A program made the translations under genes and the position numbers. DNA of 64,000 nucleotides, taken from Carcharhinus amblyrhynchos (taxonomy: Eukaryota). The DNA lies in assembly GCA_965287045.1 (NCBI GenBank), contig OZ336882.1, positions 6,634,001 through 6,698,000 of the forward strand. Direction: 5' to 3'. Numbering within the stretch: the first letter of the stretch is position 1; each line of letters begins with the position of its first letter. The notes below the pieces were generated by a model. That model did not search any database. It was not told where the DNA came from and saw only the letters and a program-made list of their open reading frames with translations. Shown here piece after piece: positions 24,991 to 38,544 of the stretch.

Positions 24991-27789
24991 GTATGAAAGC
25001 AGTAAAGACACGTTAAAAAAGAACGAAAAAAACAGCCATTTTTTTTGAGTGGTACATATTAACGACGTCCATTGGTAGAAATTCTCTTTCGCCTTTGAAA
25101 AGCCCCATGGATTCATACTAAAACCAGCTAGTCTGACTTAATTTGTAGGATGAGGGGCAGAAATTATTATTTATTCATAATTACCATTGAGAATGAGGTG
25201 GCTAGCTGCCATTTTTAACCGCTGCAGTTCACATGGCATGGATACAACTACAATGATGTAGGGTGGCATTTGCAGGATTTTGACACAGCAACAGGGCAGG
25301 AACAGCGATATAATTCCGAGTCAAGATGATGTATGGCTTGGAGTAGGACTGATGTTCCCGTGCATGATGCCCCCATGTTCCCTGGTTGCCCTCGCGCTCC
25401 GAGGCGGCAGAGGTCCTCTTTGCACGTAGTCCCGATTATCATCATGCACAACTCTTGTTTTGGAAGGTGCTGTCGAAGGAACCTTGATGAGTTTCTGCAG
25501 TGCAGCCAGTAGATGGCGCACATTGTTACCACTATGCTTCCGTGGTGGATTTTAATACCGTGGTTGGAGTGCCAGTCAACCAGGATTAGTTGTTCTGGGT
25601 AGCTACAGGTGCGTGAGTGTTGTTGGAGCTGTTCCCTCCAGACAAGTGGAGAGTATTCCACAACAGTCTTGATTTGTGTCTTTTAGATTATGCACATGCT
25701 TTTTGGAAGTCTGCCAGTGAGTTACTCTGCGAATTCCCAGCCTCCGAACTGTTCTTGTAACTACAGTAATTACATATATATGGCCAGTCCAGTTCAATTT
25801 CTGGTTAATAGCAACTCCCAAGATGTGATAGTGAGGGACTCACCGAGGATATTGCCATTGAATGTCAAGGGGAAATTGTGTGATTCTCTCTTGTTGGCGA
25901 TGGTCTTTGAGTAACACTGGTGTGACTGGTGTGGTTACGCGCCACCATTCAGCATGCAGTTTAATATTGTCCATGTCTTGCTGCATACACAAACGGATTG
26001 CTTCAAGACACTTTCTTTTCCTGTTTATGGCCACCGTCTCAGCCCATGAAGGCCGGTTTGCAACATATCTGATATGCACATTAGTTTCCAATTTCATACC
26101 CTCTATATCACAATGATTATTTTTTGCACCTCCAGGATAACTCCATCAGCCGCCTTTGCTTCTTCCTCAGTCCACTGAAACCTTCATTTTCTCACACTTT
26201 GCATGAGCTTTGCCTATGCTTTCCTGGCAACTCTGAAACATAAACTTAAACTGACCCACAATGCTATAGCCCAGATCTTATTTTGCACCAAGTCCCAATT
26301 CCTCATCAGTCACAAGCTGAGCTTTGCTGGTTTGTTGTGACAAATGATTCACAATTAAAACCTCATTCTCATGTCTTCACAAGTTCTTGTCCTTATCACT
26401 TTCAAAATCTTTAATCTTTTGAAACTGTAGTACTGCTCCAGAAACTTAATTGAATAAGTAAAAAAGATCAGAGGGTAATTGATCTTATTGAGCAAAATAA
26501 TATCAGGATTACAATAGGGTAAAAAATTGAGATCCCAAAGATGTTGTCGCTTAAATTATACTGAGTTTTCTTAATATGGACAAAACATCAATTTAGTTAA
26601 AAAAATTGCAAGATAGAAGATAGTGCAAGTGTCGCACTGAAATGGGTGGAATGTTTGGAAATATGTTTCATCGTGTAGGAGGAGGTAATAGTTTTCCCCA
26701 ATTCTGAAGTTAAAACAGATGCCAAAGAGGAAAGTCAACTGAATCTAATTGTGGCGCATGAAGAATGAGCTGTTATACTTATTATACTTCCTCTGTAACT
26801 GTTGGAAATGGAGGAAGGCGACAGTGAAATTATTAGTTGTCAATGCACATTGTAACGCCAGAGACGTAGGCAATTATTATCTACTGCGTTTTTCCCCCAG
26901 TATAACAAAAGTAAACAAGTAATCGTATTGTTTCACTTTTACTGTGTACTCTTCATTGTAAAAGTTCGTTTCGTCTGATGTCCCTCAGCACAAATTTGTT
27001 TAGCCCTCTTCTCTCAGGAACGATGAGAAACTTTACCAATTGTGGAAATTATTTCTGATCTGATGTCTCACGGTAAATTGTTCCATCAGCTTATTGCATG
27101 ATATTTAGCCTACTTTTATCTCCTATTTGGCTGTGTATCTTAATCAGGTGTATTATTCCAAGGGAAAGTTTTAAACTAATAAACATAACTTCACTGTTGC
27201 TACGTCCATTCTCACATTCCAGCTGATTGTTGGCATGTCAAATTTCCAATTATATCCCCAGAATATAAGCATGGTAACCAATCATGTCTATTTAAGTTAC
27301 TTAACTTAATACCATGAATAATACAAAACTGAGGCATAATTAATGGAAAGAAAATAGTTTTAAAAATAAAATGATACTATCTCCATAACTGCAGTGAACA
27401 AGATACTGTGGACTTTAGTTTAGTCGAATATATTTTCAATATATGCCTTTTGCTACAGAGTAGTCTAGTTGATGAGGAACTGCCTCAGTTACAGACATAT
27501 CTTTCAGCTGAAATCTTGTATATATAAGCTGTCTGATTAATTCAAAAGTCTTAATTTTTGCCACCAGTTTTGCTTTAAAATACACTTGTAAATTGTACTC
27601 ACTCTAGCTCAGTTTTAATTAATGAATATCTGGAATGCCCACAAGACAACTCTTGAGCCTGATGACAGCAAACAACAAAATGTTAGATATTGAAAGAGTA
27701 AACAGTTTAAAGTATTTAGTATCCACATTACTGAGATTTTGCATCAAGCAGGAGACAGACTGTTTGCAGAATAGGAACACAGCATAATA

Positions 27790-30775
27790 GAGTAAAGCAA
27801 TCAAGTCAGAGGGATGTTTCAAGGGAGAAAGGCAAGGCTGGTGGGCCTCTACTTAAATAGCAGGAGTGTTACAGATAAAATGATGAACTAAAGCACGGAT
27901 TGAAAGATGGAATTTTGATATAGTAACCATCGCAGCGACGACGTTGAGGGCGGGGGCGGGAGGTGTGGAGTGGGGGGCAGTGCAGGATTGGCAGCTCAAT
28001 ATTTTCGGATGTAGAATATTCAGGAGAGACAGGGGAGGGTGTAATAGAGGAAGAGACATTGCATTACTAGTTAAGGAGTCAGTTATTGCACGAAGGAAAG
28101 TTTGCAGCTTGGAAGTGGCATCAAATGATTTTTTGTGGATACAGTTTAAGAATAAAAAATGGGCAGTCACATTGCTAGGTATTCATCATTGAACTCCAGT
28201 TGGTCAGATGGGAATTGCGGAGCAAATGTGAGCACAATTCATGGAGGTGTGTTAAAAACATTACCAACAGGACAACTATAATAGGCGAGTTCAACTTTCC
28301 CAACTTTAATTAGCTTAAACATAGTGCTAAAAGTTTGGGTTGTGGTTTTCTAGAAAAATGCACAGGATAACCTTTTTAAGTCAATGTGTGGCTGCTCCAA
28401 CAAGGGACAGTGCAGTGCTGGACCTAATTTTCGGGAACACAGTGAGACAGGAGNNNNNNNNNNNNNNNNNNNNNNNNNNNNNNNNNNNNNNNNNNNNNNN
28501 NNNNNNNNNNNNNNNNNNNNNNNNNNNNNNNNNNNNNNNNNNNNNNNNNNNNNNNNNNNNNNNNNNNNNNNNNNNNNNNNNNNNNNNNNNNNNNGGGGAG
28601 CTGGACACATTTTAGGGACAGCGATTACAACATGGCACAATTTAAGATTGTTATGGACACGATCATGGACAAGTTGCAAAAACTGTTTGAATTGGGGGAA
28701 AACAGATTTAATTAAAATAAGTCAGATATGGCCATGGTAGACTGCACCCAGCTATCTGTGGGGAAATGCACACAAGGGCAGTGGGGGACGTCCAAAAAGG
28801 AAATGGAGAGGATCCAGGCCCCACATGTTCCCTTCAGGCTGATAGGAAAGAGTAATAAGTCCAGAGAACCGTGGATAACCAGAGATGTTCAAGATACAAG
28901 AGCAGGTGCTAGGGGAGTAAATAAATGGAGGCATTAGTGGAGTACAGGAAGGGCAGGGTGGAGTTAAAAAAAAACAATGAGAGCAAAGGGAAGACAAAAA
29001 CGATCTTTGGCTGGCAAAAGTGGTGAAAATCCAACGAAATTCTCTAAATACATCAATGGGAAGAGGATAACAAGGGGAAGAGTAGAGCCCATTACAGTCA
29101 AAGGGGATAATCTATTCGTGGAGTCAGTGGGCATTAGTAGAGTGTTGAACCAGTACTTTATATCCATCTTGACAGAAGAGAATGAGATGAAGGTATGGAA
29201 TTCAGGGAGAGAATCTGCGAAGCTCTTAAGCAAATTGACATAGGGAGTGACAAGTTGTTGGAGGTGTTGACAGACTTAAAAGTGTACAAATCTCCAGGTT
29301 CATTTTCCCATGGAGGAAGTTCCAAGTGCAGAGCAGCTAACGCGGTCCACAACTTGTAGAAATAAGCCAGGGAACTACAGACTAGTGAACCTCACGTCAT
29401 TGGCAGGGAAACTACTGGCAAAATTCTGAAGGAGAAGATCTATCTCCACTTAGAGAAGGAGGTTTAGTCAGGGGTAGTCATCATGGCTTTGTCAATGAGA
29501 CAATTTTTTTGAGGAGGTGACCAGGTGGGTAGAAGAGGGCATTTCGGTTCATCTAGTCTCTATGGATTCCAACGAAGCCCTTGGCAAGGTCTAACATGGG
29601 AGACTTACAAAGAGGCCTTCTTTTGCACCGTAGGGATTCCATGATTCTGTGAAAGCAAATGCACATGGAAATGCAGGGTAATTTGATAAGATAGGTGCAA
29701 AATTGGCTTAGCTTTCAGAGAGAAAAAGTAATGGCAAAGGGATGCTCTTTTGACTGGAAGCCAATGTCCAGTGGCATACCACAAGGGGGATCTGTGCTGT
29801 GTCCCTTATTACTCGTCATTTATGAACAACATAGTTTCCTACAAGGGCAGGATGATTAGCAAGTTCATGTATGACACAGGGATCTGATGGGTGGTTAACA
29901 GTGAGGTTGAGTGCCTTGGGTTATAGGAAGACACGGATAGCTGTTCAGATGGGAGAACAATGACAGATGGAAATTAACCCTGAAAAGAGTGAGGTAATAC
30001 ACTTTGGAATGAGTAATTTGACAAGGAAGAATTGAATGAACGGCATGACATTGGGAAGTATTGAGGAACAAAGGGACCTTGGCATGATTGGCCGCTGATC
30101 TCTAAAGTTAGAAGGGCGTATTCATGGGGTGATGAAAAAGCACATGGGGCATTTGCCTCCATGAGTCGAGGCATAGATTACAAAAGCAGGGAGATCATGG
30201 TGGAGGTGTGTAGAACTTTGTTGCGGCCACAGCTGGAGTTCTGTATGCAGTTCTGGTCGCCACATTATAGGAAGGAAGTGATTGTATTGGAAATGGTGGA
30301 GAGGAAGTTTACCGGGTTATTGTCTGGGATGGAACATTGAGGTTATGAAGAGAGTTGGATAGACATGGATTGTATTTTTTTGGAGCAGAGAAGACTGACA
30401 ACCTAATTGATGAGTACAGGATTATGAGAGACATGGTGAGAGTGGAAAGGAAGTAAATGTTTGCATTAGTTGAAAGGTCAGTCACGAGGGGACACAACTT
30501 CAGTGTGAGGGGAAAGGGTTTAGGAGGAATGTGAGGAAAAACTTTGCTCAACCAGAGGGTAGTGCTAGTCTGGAATGCGTGCCTGGGAGGGTGTTGGAGT
30601 GATTTGGCTGCATCCTTCAAAAAGTACATGGATGACCACTTGGCACACCATAACATTCAAGGCTATAGGTCAGGTACTATTAAATGAGATTTTGCAGATC
30701 ATTAAGATGTTCCTCTCGTGTCGATGTGCAGACAATAAGCCGAAGGACCTCTTTTCCATTGTTTGATTCTATGAT
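27790..30775 (+). mobile_element. About 3 kb degenerate CR1 LINE ORF2 (endonuclease, RT, 3' tail) specific to duplication unit 2
   Basis: QDWQLNIFGCRIFRRDR..RGRDIALLVKE, PTRDSAVLDLIFGN, NPTKFSKYINGKR and a GATTCTATGATT tail; unit-1 colinearity resumes at 30781. Confidence 0.9.
28454..28594. other. Assembly gap (141 N)
   Basis: Run of N inside the CR1. Confidence 0.99.
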
Positions 30776-31060
30776 TACAACCTAACATTTGATACTACAC
30801 ACATTCCGGAGGAAATTAAACAATGTTAGTGGACTGCTTTTGGCTAATATAACATGGATCAGATTTGTTCAATTGCAATGTAGTACGAAACAATACATTG
30901 AGAGGTTTGATAAAATCAAAGTGGGACAAAAATAGAAATTGTTGGAAGTCCATAACAGCTGGATCAGCACCCGGACTTTAGGTTATCTGTTTCTTCCAGG
31001 TGCTGGTCCACAAGCTGTCATCCTCCATTTTTTTTCTTTACTGAAACGTGTGATACTCAC

Positions 31061-33571
31061 TTCACCAGAAAAATATGGCCAGTTTTTCGTTAAGCTTTCA
31101 GATTGCCCTGACGCGCATGTTCTGTTATTCTTCCTAGAAGATCCACTTGTTGGATTCACTGGAGCGAAATACATCAATTCCATCTTGGCTGCCTCTTGTG
31201 CTGATCGAATTTTGTAACGGTATGGCTCTGAAAGAGAACCATTTCCTCGAACCTCAAGGATGTTCGGAATTAACGTGGAGTCTGGCACAACCTGAAGGTT
31301 GACATGCGAATTCTGCCCTCTCGCTTTGGCCTCTAATTCCCTGGCACAGCAACAATTGGTAAGAAGACAATTCCCAGTGCGGCCAGATGGTCCTTCGCTT
31401 GGGCAAATGACAATAACAAGGACAATTATTACAATAAGAAGTAAGAAAGATATTATTCCCAAGGAAATTATTATATAAAATGCCAAATCGGAAGATTGTT
31501 GCACATTTCGGTGAGCATGCTGTACCTCTGACTGAATTTGTTCATTCTGTTCAATTATAGTGAGTGCGATCGTTGTACTGGCGGAGAGAGGCGGGTGTCC
31601 ATTGTCCTTTACCTGGATGACGAGTCTTTGTGTGGCGGCGTCACTATCTTTAAATCGGCGAACGCTTCTTATTTCTCCCGACGTTGGTGAAACTGTAAAT
31701 AGGCCTGGGTCAGTGGCTTGCAGGATTTGATAGGACAGTCGTGCATTCTGTCCAGTATCAGCATCAGAAGCAATCACTTTCATTATTAAAGATCCTGGAT
31801 CTGCAGATCGAGGCACAGCCGTCTTACTGTGGTTCACTGCGCTAGGTGTTGTAATGACAGGAAAGTTGTCATTCTGATCGAGAATAATCACATTGACGGT
31901 GATGTTCCCAGTATGCAATGGCAAGCCCACATCTTGAGCTTGAACTCGGATCTTAAAGTTTTTAATCTTCTCGTAGTCAAAGGAACGTTGCGAATAGATA
32001 ATGCCATTTTGGGAGTTGATTGAAACATATGAAGACACTGGAGCTCCCTGAACATCACTTTCCTGAATTTTGTAGGAAATCTGGGAATTTTGTTCAGTGT
32101 CTGGGTCGAAAGCGGTTACTGACCCAATGGAATTTCCAGGTGAGTTGTTCTCGGCCACATACACTGTGTGTGAAGACTGTACAAAGCTGGGTCCGTTGTC
32201 ATTTATATCTGAAATATGCACAATCATTGTTTTGTTTGTGGATAGTGGAGGATTTCCTTCGTCTTTACAAATCACAGTCACTGCGTATTCCTGGGTACGT
32301 TCCCGATCCAGCACGCCATTTATGGTCAGTCTGTATGAATTCCTAAAGGAGGGGCTCAGCTCAAATGGGACATGCGAGGATATCTGACAATCTGTACGGC
32401 CGTTATTATGTGCGTCCCTATCTGTAACACTGACGAGTGCTATCAATGTCCCTGTTGGAGCATCCTCGCCCACTGTACTGGAAACTGGTTTTAGAATCAA
32501 TTCCGGCGCATTGTCATTAACGTCCTGAATGTCCACCCGAACAGTACAGTGTGCGGATAGTGACGGTGTCCCCTTGTCCTTAGCTTCCACATGAATTTCA
32601 TAAAGATGTATTTCTTCAAAATCCAAATTTCCCTTTACGCTGATTTCACCGGATTTCGCATTAATTCTAAATACTTCCGGTATTTTTTCTTCACTGTAGC
32701 TACTTAAAGAATAAACAATGTCCCCATTGGGCCCATCATCCAAATCAGTGGCGTTCAGTTTTATTACTAAAGTGCCGAGTGGAACATCTTCCCTTAAACT
32801 AGCAGCGTACAAGGGCTGTTGGAAAACTGGCGCATTGTCATTATTATCTAAGATAATGATGGTTACCTCAGCGGTTCCTGACCTCTCCGGTATTCCACCG
32901 TCAACAGCAGCGAGCAATAAACGTTGTGATGATTCTTTCTCGCGGTCAAGGGGTTTCTTCAACACCAGTTTAGGGATTTTCCATTTTCCAAGGGTCTGTA
33001 CATCTAAAACGAAGTGTTCATTTGGAGTGAGCTGGTAAATTTGGACAGAATTGCTTCCAACATCAGGATCCTGCGCGGCCTCCAGAATAAACCGGGTTCC
33101 AGGTGTGGTCAATTCCGCAATCTCCAAACGGATTTCTCTGTTGGAGAAACTAGGGGAGTTATCGTTTATATCCACAATCTCGACCTCGATATCGTACTGT
33201 TCCACAGGATCATCAATCTCGAGTTCCAAAGGCAGGAAGCAGGTAAGACTCTGTCCGCAGAGTGCTTCCCTGTCTATTCTTTTATTCACAAATAATATTC
33301 CATTCTGGAGGTTTACATCAAAATATTGTAATGGTGATTTGGGAACGAACCTGAATCTGCGAGTTGAAAGCTCATCTGAATTTAATGCCAGGTCTTTGGC
33401 GATTGTTCCTACCAAAGCACCGTACTCTAATTCTTCTGGAATGGAGTAACGAACCTGCCCCGAAACCAGGCTCCAGGCGCAAAGCAACAAAATGGAGGCT
33501 GTCTTTCTCATCAAAAAACCCTCTGTAAGCGTTATGTCCTTTGCAGGAATGTGTTTTACCGTCTTCATCAT
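31061..33571 (-). CDS. Clustered protocadherin variable exon 3 (recent paralog of exon 2)
   Basis: The 862-aa ORF differs from exon 2 by about 4-9 aa per EC domain in EC1-EC5 (manual count). Donor GAA|GTGAGT at 31061/31060 is phase 0. An alternative in-frame ATG lies at 33511. Confidence 0.96.
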
Positions 33572-33734
33572 TTCTTGCGTCCGGTATTATCAGTTATTCC
33601 ATCGCAAGTAAATCAGATAATGCAGGAGATACGTTGACAAGCGAGGAGACCTTCAAACCTTCTGAGCAGATAGCTCGGTGTTTTCATGTGAACGGCAGTT
33701 ATCTGCCTGTTTTCATCTCTCAGTGTTGGGGGCT

Positions 33735-33812
33735 GGGTGGTGGATCTCCAGCTGAATTTCTTTCCCTTATTGGTAGACAGCGACACAAAGAGTCTTTGCC
33801 TATAACTACACT
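33735..33812 (-). promoter_or_regulatory. Pcdh promoter CSE for exon 3
   Basis: ATTGGTAGACAGCGACACAA at 33769-33788 with the same flanking blocks. Confidence 0.9.
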
Positions 33813-34429
33813 GAGATCATATTAAAGCTAGGCTTCGGATAATTTGTGAAAATCTCAACTGTCTTGTCATAATTAAATTAATTTAGGAGAGCACCTAGCA
33901 TAAAAATTAGGTATTGATAATAACTGGTTTGTTTTAGTGATACCAAGTAAATGATCTGTTACATTTGCTGTGTCCATTATTAACATAACACAACACATTT
34001 TTGGCCCCAAATAAAAAGCTTTGTACAGGCTACATGTGTTTATTTTAATTTTCAAGCTAGCTAGTCGTACGCTGTGGAAATGCTGCCAATACTCTGCTAA
34101 TCTGGCAGGATCTGTGGAGCGAGGAAGCCTGTGAACTTTCTTCAGAACTGAGAGGAGTTAGGAAAGTGGATTCTGAACAAGGGGTGGATCGGAGAAGGAC
34201 AAAACGAAGACAGGCAGATTGAAAAAAACAGAAGAGTTCGTCTTTCAGGGCCAAAGGGAATGAAGATGTGGCAAGAGAAGGTGCACTGTTGACTGAAAAC
34301 AAAGGAACAGTGAAACAAAAAAAAAGTCCGTACAGTGGCACAGTGCTTGGCAATGCTTCATCACAGCATGAGGGAACCGGATGAGCTGGTGTACACACGG
34401 GTCACCTACGTTCTGACTTAGTGACAGTC

Positions 34430-35270
34430 TCCTATCTTTTCCCCATACGCCTGCACATAGCTTCTATCCCAATCATCATCGAATGCCCTCTTGACAGCCA
34501 TAATTGAACTTGCTTGCAATCTAATTCCAGGCAATGCATTCCAGGTTCGGACCACCCGTTGTGTGAAAAAAGTTTTTGTTTTCTCACATCACATTTGCTT
34601 CTTTTGCAAATCACTTTAAACCTGTATTTTCTCGATCTTGATCCTTTTACAAGTGAGAACAATTTTACCTGTCAATTTTGTTCAGCCTGCTTATGAATTT
34701 GAAAATCTCCATCAAATTTCCTCTTAGCCTTCTCCACTACAAGGAAAACAGTTCCAACCCCTCATATCTATTCTGATAATTAAAGTTTCTTATGCCTGGA
34801 ACATTCTTGCAAACAAACCTCTTCTTCACTCTCTCCAATACATTCGCATAATTCATATAACGAGGAGCACAGATATGTACATAATGTGCCAGCTAAGGCC
34901 TAACTAGTGCCATGAATAAGTTCAGCATAACCTGCTGTTCCTATACTCTGTGTCCCTATTAATAAAACTTAGGATATTATATGTTTTATTAACTGCTCTT
35001 TTCAGCTTACTTGCTACCTTCAATGATGCATGCACATACTCTTGCCCCTTTCAATAATGTGTGCACCTGATCACCTTAAGGATCTTGACCCATATTTTAT
35101 ATTACTCCTCATGTTCTTCCTACTAAAATGCATCACCGCGCACTCCTTATTTAACTTCATCTCTCACACACCTGCACTCTCCATCAACTTGCATACATCC
35201 TTTTGCAGTTCTACACTGCCCTCGCCACAAACTTTGAACTCTCCCCGTGCATACCGTCCTCAGCCCACCT
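34430..35270 (-). mobile_element. CR1 LINE 3' fragment
   Basis: ORF 34432-34662 FSLVKGSRSRKYRFKVICKRSKCDVRK and flanking CR1 motifs. Confidence 0.78.
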
Positions 35271-35304
35271 TTTGCCAGACAAAAGTTCACAGTCACAATA
35301 TTCA

Positions 35305-35645
35305 TTCATGAGTTATTTGTGTTGCTGGCTGTCAAGCATTTGTTGCCCACCCCTAGTTGCCTTTAGAGGCCAGTTGAAAGTCAACCACATCGGTATGGCT
35401 CTGGAGTCACTTGTAGACCAGGAAAGGGCAGTCGATTTCCTCCCCTCAAGGACATTAATGAATAAGATGGGTTTTCCCGAAAATTCACAATGGCTCCATG
35501 ATCATCACTGGATTCTGGGTATTTTATATTGAATTCAAATTCCACTACCTGCCATAGTGGAATTCCAATCCAGGTCCTAGAATGGTACCTGGATTTCTGG
35601 ATGAATAATCTAGCCATAATACCACAAGGCTATCACATCCCCCTT
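35305..35645 (-). mobile_element. Second SINE family copy
   Basis: GTCAACCACAT..GGCTCTGGAGTCAC and GAATTCAAATTCCAC blocks are shared with 23975-24325. Confidence 0.72.
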
Positions 35646-36399
35646 TTCGAAGTTGTTGTCCCTCCACTAATTGTTGAGCAGTTTCACAAAGTTTTTTTTT
35701 ACTTCCGTTTCCTTTGCTATGGGTTCTTACTTCGAGTGACACACAGAGGCTTCACTCCAAACTGTGGCTCCTTGCCGAAAAGACGTCCAACTTTAAAATA
35801 CCAATGACTACTTGAAAACCATGCTGACACCTAGATCTCTGCAACCATGATCAGGAAACTTCCCTAACACTGACCACTAATTATTACTTCCTACGCAAAT
35901 TATCTTCAGGTATATCAAAATACCACATTTTTCCTTTCTGGTCAGTGGCTCTTGTTGTGAAACTTAAGGAGTACATTGCGATTTCTGAATATCTGATAGA
36001 CATACTCGAAACAAAACAATAACTTGGCACAAAAGCTAGACTGTTTGCATTATTGGGTAGCTTCTGCAGTCAAAATTAAAAGCAAATCAGCTCTGACAGA
36101 GGGTCGTTCAGAGTTGAAACGTTGGTTATATTCTCTATCCACAGATGCTGGCAGATCTGTTGAGATTTTTCAGCATTTTTCAGATTTTGTTTGAGGCTGA
36201 TTTAGTGTTGGATCTCTATGCCGACGGAAAGGCTGACTCTACTGCGTGAAGAATTAAAGAGATTGGGAGATGCTCGTAGTGCGGAAGACTCTGGTGCATC
36301 CAGAAGAAAGTGGGAAAGCCTACTTTTTTGTCAAGAAAAGCTTCCTCCCCTTTTGGAGTCAGCAAACCTTATCCTGAAAAGGGACTGCTCAGCCAAGAT

Positions 36400-37800
36400 G
36401 CTGCCGTCCAGCTTCACTTATGACCTGACACTGGTGTCCAATAACCTCCATGCATCTGTCACCTGTGTGAAGATTCTTGACTGTCGACTCCCAGGTTCAC
36501 TGTCCTTTTACCATTGTCAATTCCCCACTGCAATAGAACTTTGGAATGGGATCGTGGTAGAAGTCTCCGTGCGACTCTGTTTATTGTGAGGAACTTGGAG
36601 TTAAAAGGAAGCGTTCCTGAGGCATACGAGAAGGTAGAACTTACCATGACTGTATAGAGGATCATGATGTGCCAAACTTTGGTGATGTGTTGAGTCACAA
36701 TGACTCAGACCACTTTGCCGTTGCAAACTTATTCCACAATACCAGCCAATGAGAAGCTCAATCTTCCTTCACCTATGTTGCCATTGAACTGAACATTGTG
36801 TGGCATCTCCCCCAAAACCTTGCTCTCATGGTGGTCATAACAAGAGCAAGAAGTTCACTACGGTTTGCTCATAGGACCACTGAAGTGGCCAAGCCTCTAC
36901 ACTATGGCAAGATCACAATCTATGCACTACTATGTTTATCATTACTGAGAATGGTATTTGGAGGTGCTGTGCAAAAGGCAACCAGTGTTTTCATCAACTG
37001 CTTCAACAGAAGGATGTAAAAAGCAAGCGTCATTCAGGTATCCAAGAAGGTGAGATGTCCAATCAGCATTCTGATGACGAAATTCACTTATTAGTGAGCT
37101 CCAAGTGCACAAGCCACAACTCTATTGATTAAGACTCATGATTAGTACCTGGAAAATATAAAGTACTTCCGGGACCTTGGAGGTTATCTTCCATGGAAGG
37201 CTAACATTGATGAAGAAATCCACCGTCATCTGATTTCTTCTGGCACAACATTTCACCATCGGAGGAAGAGAGTGAAGATCAGAACACCTTAAAACAAGCT
37301 TACGCTCTATCACGTGGTCGTGGTCCATTCAATGCTGTACAGGGTTAAAACATGGACACCCTGTACAGCAAATAGGAGGCACTTCAAAGCATTGGTGCCT
37401 CACCGCCGATGATGTCTGCAGAAAATGTTACACGTTTTTTGAGAGGATAGATGTACCAACATAGGTGTCCTCTCACATGTAGACACCCAAAGCATCAAGG
37501 CTATGGAAATGCTCCATCTGCTTCATTTGGATCTGGTCATATACTTTGGTGTCAGGTACGAATCTTTACAGAAGATCTTCTTCGCTCAACTCAGGGTAAA
37601 TGTATGAGACAGAAGAAACACTTCAAAGATGTCCTGAAAGCCAACGTGAAGAAATGCAACTGGACTAGATAGCAACAAAATCTGTGAGAAGGATCCCAGC
37701 ACTTTGACACCAAAAATTGCAAAATTAAGAAAATACGCAAAAACAGCAAAGGAAAGTGCTTTAATCCAAGCACTCAACATGACAGCCCACATGACAACAG
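36400..37800 (+). mobile_element. Degenerate RTE-clade LINE; related fragments at about 6300-6950 (-), 7030-7440 (+) and 53900-55150 (-)
   Basis: EDRCTNIGVL...QGKCMRQKKHFKDVLKANVKKC here, PKDVLYSELAS at about 7170 and RYKDYLKLSLK at about 54260 are RTE-type C-terminal motifs. Confidence 0.65.
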
Positions 37801-37927
37801 GTGTTCTACGTGCCAAATATTCTTCATATTCAGAAACGGCATCATGTTATTTGAAGATCCAAAACACTTCACCCACTGATTCCCTTTAATGTTAAGCCAT
37901 CTTTGGACTCCTGGAAGACAACCAACC

Positions 37928-38265
37928 ACAAAGAACAAAGAACAACACAGCACGGGAAACAGGCCCTTCGGCCCAACGAGCCCGCGCCGCCATTTTAACA
38001 TTGTGAGTTCCCTCTTCCACCCATGACCTTTGTGTACGCTTATGGCACTCCATATTGGAAACCAGATTGAGGGGAGACTAATTTAGGGACAATTTGTTAC
38101 ACCAATTAGCCAAAGAGCACATCTTTGGGGTATGGGAGGAAACTAGAGCACCCAGAGAAAACCCACGCAAGCACGGGGAGGATGCGCAAACTCCCACAGA
38201 TACTGGCCCAAATCCATGTATCTGCACAGCAAACAGTGATAGTCACTGAGCTGTCGTGTTGCCCA
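37928..38265 (-). mobile_element. V-SINE-like element with a (TTGTTCT)n CR1-type tail
   Basis: V-domain at 38130-38195; tail ACAAAGAACAAAGAACAA...GGCCCTTCGGCCC on the + strand. Confidence 0.65.
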
Positions 38266-38544
38266 TCAGCTGGTCCAGTTTAAGCGTACACTAACGACGT
38301 GAAGCACTAGGCTACTCTCGAAACATCCAAGAGCAGCCCTCGCACGACCCACCGCGTGTATGCCCCTTGTTGGACAACAAGGCGGACCGAAGCACCTGTG
38401 GATTAAAGGAGAAAAACATCAATAACATGCACATCTTATGCAAACATCCAAGGGAATCCCCAGAAGCTCAAAAGTAAAACAAGTGAGCCAGAAGATATGT
38501 TGGAAGGTCCATAGGAATCAATTGATTCCCAGGAACGTCCCAAG

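Larger units (their letters stand above)
23520..34270. repeat. Tandem segmental duplication, unit 2 (relic + exon 3 + promoter)
   Basis: Same anchors as unit 1. It is longer because of a unit-specific CR1 (about 27790-30775) and other LINE/SINE insertions. Confidence 0.88.
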
